Shown here piece by piece: positions 55,514 to 64,000 of a DNA stretch of 64,000 bases (the first letter of the stretch is position 1; every line of letters begins with the position of its first letter). The notes under the pieces were generated by a model. It made no database searches. It was not told the origin of the DNA and saw nothing but the letters and a program-made list of their open reading frames with translations. This DNA is from Trichinella spiralis (Eukaryota): NCBI RefSeq assembly GCF_000181795.1, contig NW_003526941.1:7439118-7503117 (forward strand), written 5' to 3'. The position numbers and the translations under genes are program-made.

Positions 55514-58278
55514 ATGAGAACTGAAAGCACGATGGCTAGATTCGCAGTTTTGTTATTATTGTTGCTTTGCAAGCAGGGTTCGATGAACGCGGAAGAATCA
55601 ACATGCCCATTCGAAACTCGCCAAGTATATCACGGTTACAGGTTTCATTCGTGCTTTACACTGGTGATGGACATTATGATGCCATTGGTGAGGACGGTCG
55701 ATGACGCCCAAGAATATTGCAGAAAATACTTCAAGAACGGTGAGTTGGCCGTATTCACCGCTATCAGCAAGCAGATCGCGGAACCATCGACATGGACTCC
55801 AAATAATGTAAACTTGAAAATACTGAATGGCGGGAAGTTGAGATTGAAAAAAATCAATCCATTACATTCCGGTACAGTACGCTACAAATTTGAAATGTTC
55901 ACTTCACACGAGACCGGAAATATATACACATTCAATCGAATGAATTCAGTGAATGAAAACAACAGCTGGGCGATGATTGTGCCAGAATTCAAGCTGTTAA
56001 GATATGACAAAAATCTTGAAAATACACTGAATACTGAAAATATAGGAAAAGACATTTGCACGACAATTGTCAAATCATACAACAAAAGTGACTTCAGCGT
56101 TGGACAGTCGTTCTTGTGCAATGGTGAGCAGAGTCGTTCGCATTGGAATTCGATAATTTGCAAGCACGATCCGTATGCAAATTGCCTACTGCAAAATGTG
56201 GTCAAATGTGAAACCGTATCACCGCAAGAATGCATCCTAGTCAATGGGGTAGAAATTGCCAAAAATGCCACTGAACCGTACGGCAAGCAATGCGATATGA
56301 ACGGTATTGTGGAAAAGCCTTACAAAATTGACTGTCCTTGCAAATTTGACAAAATTGTATGCATGAATAAAAGTAGCAATTCAACGAAGTCTCTTTCATA
56401 TGATGATGAATTTTGTGAATGCCCACTGCAGTATTGCAAATACGGTAAGCATTCGCATTCAACTAAATAAATGAATACGAAAAACCATATTAATTCAATC
56501 AAACAATTTTTCATTATTTTTTAAATTTATCATTTCAGATCCCACTTGTAATTCAACCCCAAAAAAATGTAAAATGAACAAATCTAACGGCACATTCGAA
56601 TGCTCGTGCATGCCGTTGTTGGATCAGAAAGTTATACACGAAAGTAGTTGAGTGATTGTCATGTTGAATTTCTCAATTCAATATTTTCCATTATCGTTTA
56701 GATACAACAGAACCGCAGGTAGAAGAAAATAAATTTGAAAATGTTTTGAATTCAACGACAGACACTAGTACTAACGCTACAAATAAGGATAATGGAATGG
56801 AACGGCGAGGTATGTCGTTTTAGAAACATCACATATTGACTAATCCACCATAATGTAATGCATTTTTCAATTTTATAAAAAGCACTTTACTCAAAATACA
56901 ATAAAAAGAATCAAGTATAATTAATTAGTACTGATTGTCTGTTATTGTTTTTTAAAAATGTACAATTCTGAAACATCACATCTTGACGCTTAGGTGAACA
57001 AACAACGACGATCACTCCATCTCAATCACCAGTACCCATTACCGTAACAGAAGTTACAAAAAATATGAGTATGTGTTTTCACACTCACAATATCTGTCTC
57101 AGTGAATTTACTTAAATTTTAAATTATTTACAAATCAAGCATATCTCCGTTTAGTTATGCATAAAACAACACCTGCAGCATTCCAGTCAACAACCAACAC
57201 CAACAACAATAATTTTTCAGCAACTTCGACAGAAAACATAAGTATTTTTCATGTTTAAAATATTTTAAGATTAAATGCATTAATTTTGAAATGAATATAA
57301 TGAACACTGTTTCAGAAACGACGCTAGCTAATATCAATAACTCTTCAACGGTGACAACAAGTTCTACTGCTACGGCAACACATACTGCATCCATAAATTC
57401 TGTTTCTCAAACAAGTAAGCATAATTGCAAGGGTTATTAACATCATCATTTAGAAAAAATACTATACGATAATCACTTGCATAATCATCATTATCAGTTG
57501 AGTAAAGTAATAAATTATCAATGAAATTCAAACTGAAAAGGCCAACTAAATTTTTCCAAATAAATAGATCATCATCACCAAATTCATATGCATAACGGTA
57601 TTACACTCATAATAAATTATTGTCTTTTTTCTTTGTACCCATGAATTTGTACAGTTTCTGAACGAGTAAAATTGGAAATAAGTTGTAATTTTTTAAAATT
57701 ATTCTAACACTTGATGATACACGACTGTGCATTAATTTTGAATTTATCAAACTTATTCAAAATCATTTTAGATATTACAGAATCGCGTTTGGAGGGATTC
57801 TATATATACAGCTTATTATCGTTGAAATCAAAAGGTACTGAAACAAACAAATACTGGCAAAAGAAACCACGAACTGATACTTCAATATTTTTTCAGACAC
57901 ATCTCATAACTTACCGTCAAATAATGATCAGTGGGCCTATTTGGAAAACAGCGGAGTGGTGATTTTGTGTAAGCAACTGTTTTCAAATTGAAAAAATATA
58001 TACATATTTATTTATTTAAACTTCACAAAATTATATTATAATTCAGCGGATCTGATCAATTCCATTGAAACAGAGCATCCCATTACCTTCACCTATCTAA
58101 ACACTTTAAACAGAATGACTCTTGGTAATTTTTGCTTATATTTATTTAAAATGATAAATACCTTAATTTCCTATAATAAAAACTGATAAGTACTTTCAGA
58201 GAATAATACAGTTGTAACCAATCGATGCGGTTATGTACAACTTCAAGGAAATGCGACAAATGAATATGAAGAAGGTAC

Positions 58279-58326
<48 letters not shown>

Positions 58327-60232
58327 GTTTTCTTCAACAAGCAATATTAATTTTTATTAATTCATTTTAGGCTATTATCATATCGAAGGCAAACTGAATG
58401 ACGAAAATATAGCATTTTACCTTATAAAATCAACAGCAAATGAGCCTAATGGTATACTGTATTTTGATTGTTAAGAATTTTAAATTTTACTACTTCATTA
58501 AATATGAACATTTTTAGCATGTGGGCAAAATTTTGATAAAAGAAAAGTCATTCTTTACGTTAATGGCTTTGCCAGGATAAAACCGTTTTGTAAATATTCA
58601 GTTACAATAAATATAAATAGATATGTGAAATCAATTTTACTTTAGCAACCGCTACTGTAAAGACCGAAGAAGAAGAAACTGAAGGCCCTACGTATACGAT
58701 AGCATTTTCTGGTGTAATAATTTTAAAACATTCCAGTAAGTCAAAATTTTCAAGTCTACTAATGCTAAAAGGAAACCAGTGCACAAAATCCCTAATTAAA
58801 TGTTGTAAAAAAGTGAAATTATGCTAATCGTTATCTTAATCGATTAATTACAGATTATAGAATCATATTTTTCATTTTTAGGATTTGATGTAAAATGGTA
58901 TTTCAAACCAAATGATGAAATGAGCAAACACAAATTTTTCGCACATCTAAGTAATGATACGATTTATTCTATTTTTTTATAAAAAATAAGTTTTTTGGAA
59001 TAGAATATTCACATTTAAAAAAGTAGATTATTCATTTGAGATATCATATGCAAGTCTCAATGTGTCAAATTATGAACAAAACTGAAAATGTGAAAATATT
59101 TTAGATTGGAAAAATACGAAAAGGAATGAAACTGATGATATAGGATATGATGAAAATGTATATTTTAAATCTTTCGCACCAAGTATTACTGAAATCATAA
59201 TAATTGTGTGTATTGTGTTTCTTCTGATACTGCTCATATCCACGGTAGCTTACCTAGTTGAAGTATATCAGGTTTTAATGGCTAAACAGCTTCATAATGC
59301 AATTTTTTTCTAGAAATTGCATGTTCAAAGAAAAAATAAGAATAAGAATAAGAAGAAGAAGAAGAAGAAGAAGAGCAAGAAGAACAAAAAGCAACAATAT
59401 GAACAATATGAAAATGGAAATTCTTCTCAAAGGGAAGAAATGTTATGTGAAAATTTCAATTCTGACAAAACATTTGAATTTATAACATCGCCAAATAACC
59501 AAATGAAGGACTACGATAATTATTCAGTAAGTTTTTTCTTGGTACAAAATTTCACTCTCACGTATAACTCAACTGTCATACTGTATAAATTGTAATGTGT
59601 AAATTTCTGCAGAAAACCATACAAAGTTATCATACTATATACCAGAAAAATGCAAAATTGTCCATCAGTCAAACTGCAATTTCAACTGAAACAGAAAGCA
59701 CGAAAACTAGTGATCTCATGTCGGATCGAAAATCGATTGTAACTTCAAATTCTGTACGTTGGATTTGCAGTTTATATAATGGAAAATAAATTTATAAAAT
59801 TTTCAGAAAACTGACACTGATGCAAATGAAACAGAAACTGCGACTGAAACAGATGAAGACAGCGAATCGAGTGAAACTTCGATCAGTACGCAAACCGGAG
59901 AACAGTCAACTAGTTTAAATTCTGTAAGTTCTACAAGTTCATTTCCAACAATTTTGCATAAATTTTAAAAAAAAATCTTTTCTACAGGACAATGATCAGT
60001 CGAAACAAAGCATAGAAGACGATGAAACGAAAGCTAATTACAGCGAAATTAAACAAATTTTCCCAGAAATAAAAATTTGTCCACAAAATGAAAAAACACA
60101 AAATTCCCGTTCTGAAGTTATTAAAGTAGACATAAAATCAAATAAGGATCAATAAAAATAAAATTGAACACATTTTCATTTCAGGTTTCAAGCAAAGGAC
60201 ATGCGACAACGTGGCGATCTTACATAAGCTGA
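55514..60232 (+). CDS. Type I membrane glycoprotein: signal peptide, C-type-lectin-like Cys-rich N-terminus, Thr/Ser-rich stalk, TM helix, Lys-rich then acidic cytoplasmic tail
   Basis: FAVLLLLLLC signal; CPF...SCFTLV...DDAQEYCRKYFKNGELAVF; many short phase-compatible exons; TM IIIIVCIVFLLILLISTVAYLV (~59194-59260); KNKNKNKKKKKKKKSKKNKK (~59330-59390). Confidence 0.75.
58285..58325. repeat. (TA)n microsatellite, intronic
   Basis: Direct reading. Confidence 0.95.
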
Positions 60233-61154
60233 GTGAACAATTATACACTTTGCTTTATCATAAATTCAAAATAATTTATTATTGTTATTATTAACTGAAA
60301 ATATACCTATCAATTTCGAAATATCATCATTGTAACATTCACTTATTTAAGCTGAGACAATTCATTTGTTATGCTGGTTTATTTATAACTTATAATAAAA
60401 TTTTTTTCATAATTGAACGTTTGTTTTAATGTAAATCGTATTATCGGGTAAAAGACAATTAAAAGCGCATGTCACTTCTCACAAAATATAGCAGATGTTT
60501 TCAAATATCACACCTTTTCAAATAATAAAATCAATCAGAATGAATAATTCAGAACCATATAAAAATAATAATGACAACAATAAACAACACTTACGAGGAG
60601 CAGTCTATGCTGAGCATTTCGGAGAGCAGATTCTTTTCTGGAAAATTTTCACTTCTTCGACAGAACAAGTTTGATTGTTTGAGTTCAATTTTTCTAAAAC
60701 GTATTTTTCAAAAGAAATAATTCAAATAATACAATCTTTTTTTGTAGTTAAAATTTTTTCGCAATTTACATCTTTATGTAAAAATAGTACAACTTTTCAT
60801 TTCAAAAAAATGCACGACGAAAACAAAATTTCAAAAGTAAACGACAAAATATCATGGTGTCAGTTTGTTCTGTTGCATGAAAATTAATAAATTCAACAAT
60901 AAAAGTGAAATACAACTCGTCAATAAAATCATTATTACGCATTTTTTTCTTCTACAAATTTGCATCCGATACATTATATTCAAGTACAATCAAAAAGTTT
61001 TCATAAACTTCATTATTTTATCCGATGATGAAAATTATTTCAAATTATAAATTTTGATAAAATCCTCATTTTTTTAATATCAAATTTATATATTTTTTCA
61101 AAAATGATATTTATGAACTTGCCTGAGAGTCAATATAAATCATGCGCGCCATAA

Positions 61155-63961
61155 ATGGCATTGTTCCCGCTACAGTAAACCCGTTGTCTCCTGTTTGTCA
61201 TTTGTTTTTTTTTGCATTTTTATTTTGACTTTCTTTATTTATTGAGTTTGCATATTTTCACGTATTTCTGTTTAGATGTAGACGCGAAAAATTACAAGCA
61301 AGTGACCTGTAAGATATTTTAGTTCTTGATATTTTATCGATCCTAGTCGGTTATTCGTAGGCGGAAGAGAAGCGTAGTGTTCATTTGTGAAATGATCAAT
61401 AGAGTTTCTTTTTTTTTTATTTATTACTTAGTCTAGCGCAAATATATGCCTCGGTCTACTCGTTCACTTGTTACTCATATTTTTTTCCAACTTTAAAACG
61501 TCGTCCTTTAAAGTGAAATGATTGGTCACTTTGACTTCTTTAAAATTTTCGGATCATCAGGCATATGTTCAATAAAATAAATTTATATTAAATTTCACTC
61601 TCGTGTTAGTCTGTAGTTGACAGTTATACCGAACGGTGGTTGCTCGCTGTTCATTCTTCACTGGTAAGCACTGACGATTCATGATTATATAGACTTTATT
61701 TAAATTGTTAATTGTAAACATCCGGTTTGTTTTATTAGTACTTTTGAGAACAATATTCTTCTTCTCAACGCTGTTGTGGCTGACGCAGTTGATTTCCATC
61801 GCCTTGATTCTACGGATAACGATGCTTGATAGGTGAGCCAAAGCTTTTATGTGACATGAAAAATCAATTTGATTCGCCTTCGGTCATTATTGCTTAAATT
61901 TAAATTAGTTCTCAACGTAAGGATATCAGTTTTCGGCCAAAACATGTCATAGGTCTGTAATTGAGCAGAATTTAACCTTCTGAAATTATCCACTTTTCCC
62001 AGAGGATGTAGAAATGTTATATTTATGACGTCCTTTTTACATTTGTTGCGTCATGTTTACTTGCGTCGGAGGACATTTTTAACTTTGTGTCATAAACCGA
62101 AATGTGTGCACAGTTAGTTAAACTTCGGCAAATCGCTGCATGTTTCCGACATCTGGTCGCCGGATTCACAAACATGACAAGTAAAAAATCTGTGCCGTCT
62201 CCAATTATTGTCCCCATCAAAAAATAATTTTTCGACAATCAGTTAAGCTTTCCTGGAATGCTGGACAATGGGGCGTTATGATGTACCATTATCATTATCA
62301 TTGTTATTATTCAGCGTTGTTTCTCTCCAGAACGCGTGCTAGCTTTTAGTGTGTCACTGGTGCATGGGCACATGTGACCGACGGTCATCAGTTGACCTTG
62401 TTGTTTTTTCATTAATCTTATTCAAACATAAATCAGATTGATTGTTTTATTTCTTTGTTTCAGTTTGACAGAATATTCTGCATTTACACTGCCACTGATC
62501 ATTATGATGGTCTTCGGTGGAGCAATGACGTACTTCGGTTTGAGCAGCAGTAGTCGAAAGTTGAAGCCGGCATGCGATTTGAACGACCAGACATCGATTG
62601 TTTCGGTAAGAGTTCCATTCGTAACATTCGCTTAAACAACCTTCCTTTTTCGTCTTTATTTTCCAATATTGGCTTTCGATCACGCTCTCACCATCAATAA
62701 CATCATTACCTTTTGTAACTAGCGAGGTTAAATTCGATCGTTTTTTTTTTCAATTTCATTAACGAACGCGGCGCTTGTCATACTGTATTATGTAATGACA
62801 TGTAGGTTCAATAGTGCATTGATTCATGCGCGACAAATTTACTGCACGCGCCTCACTAAGTGCTTTCAAAATGTGATGGCGAAAACAAATTAAAAAAATT
62901 AAACCGGAAATGAAAATGAAAACGTACTTGATATTGATGTTGAAAAAGAAATTCTGACAATCAAATGCGCTTATCTTTTGAATAGCACTGACATCACTCG
63001 CTGTTCTTGATCTGAAAATGCTCCAATACTGATAATGTGCGTCTAGAAGGAAAATTTTAATGCGCTAACGGAACAGAATTTGCATTCGCACTGATAATGG
63101 CTAATTAATGCGGGAACTTACAATGATGACGTGCTGCGTGTGTTTGCTGAATAAATATTTTGAATGTGTTAATATTTCTAATTGAAGCATCTCTAAATGG
63201 TAATTTCATGTTGTTTTTCTTTCACATGTTCAGGAGTTTGAGAGTAGTCGATCGTCGAAATTTATTGAAAATGGTCGAGTGTTGGAGTATTTGTCTGACG
63301 ATTGTCGTACGATGTACGATGTGCTTCGTCAAGGTGCCAAAGCGTCAAACAACGGTCCCTGCCTTGGTTATAGAAAAAAGATGCCTGACAACAGTCGTCC
63401 ATATGTTTGGATGAACTTCAACGACGTGATACGACGATGTAACAACTTTGCCCAGGGTTTACTTAGTTTAGGTTTGAAACCAGGCGGCGAATCGTTTGTA
63501 GGCCTCTATTCAATCAATCGTCCAGAAGTATGTGAAACAGTACGTGAACAGAGCACCTTATGATGTTTTCTTTTATTTTTAAGTGGACAATTGCTGAACA
63601 CGCTTGCTACGCGTACTCTATGGTTGTAGTACCTTTGTATGATACTCTTGGAAAGGAAGCTGTGTCATACATTATCGAGCAAAGTATAATATACAAGATG
63701 ATAATCGATTGATTAGCAGTTAATTGTTTGCAAAATTTTCATCACTTTTAGCTGAGATGAAAGTTATCATTTGTGACACTGCCAAAAGGGCACAGTCACT
63801 GATCGAAATTTCGCCCAAACATCCGCAGCTTCGTCATGTTATCATCATGGATTCATTTGATGATCAGCTGGCCGAAAAGGCGAAAGCAAATGGCATCGAA
63901 TTTATACGTTATAATGCAGTAGAGTTGGAAGGCGCTACGGTGGTGAATCCATTACCACATG
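61155..63961 (+). CDS. ACSL: Long-chain fatty acyl-CoA synthetase (ACSL1/5/6-like), 5' part; continues beyond the window
   Basis: Exons 62464-62605 (TM FTLPLIIMMVFGGAMTYF), 63234-63527 (TMYDVLRQGAKASNNGPCLGYR...FVGLYSINRPE), 63584-63683 (WTIAEHACYAYSMVVVPLYDTLG) and 63752 onward. The start at 61155 (MALFPLQ|CRREKLQASDL) is phase-compatible but tentative. Confidence 0.9.
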
Positions 63962-64000
63962 TGGTGAGCATTTCAAAGCAGAATTAAAAGTTGCTATTAA

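Noticed and set aside
62024..62180. Alternative ACSL first exons (MTSFLHLLRHVYLRRR... or MFPTSGRRIHKHD)
   Set aside because: The first has the wrong phase at its best donor, and the second is too short to distinguish from chance.

Overview
Eukaryotic, AT-rich draft-assembly scaffold with short GT-AG introns (mostly 50-100 nt) and TTTCAG/TTTTAG acceptors. The gene content and style suggest a basal (clade I) nematode such as Trichinella; this is an inference. Bases 1-16,570 are a gap-ridden repeat zone. It holds a ~2.3-kb inverted duplication carrying a minisatellite whose unit is a consensus 5' splice site (GTGAAG|GTAAGT), a palindromic GC-rich minisatellite, and staggered duplicates beside 10-N gaps. 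Bases 16.2-64 kb are gene-rich: an intronless S9 serine peptidase (+), a CTD/NIF-type HAD phosphatase (-), a dermatopontin-like secreted protein (+), FUBI-RPS30 (-), a hAT MITE, a divergent intronless RPS27 (-), DLST (+), SPRED (-), MAPKBP1/WDR62 (-), a C-type-lectin-like type I membrane protein (+) and the 5' part of a long-chain acyl-CoA synthetase (+). Exon boundaries were read by eye, and some 5' ends are uncertain.
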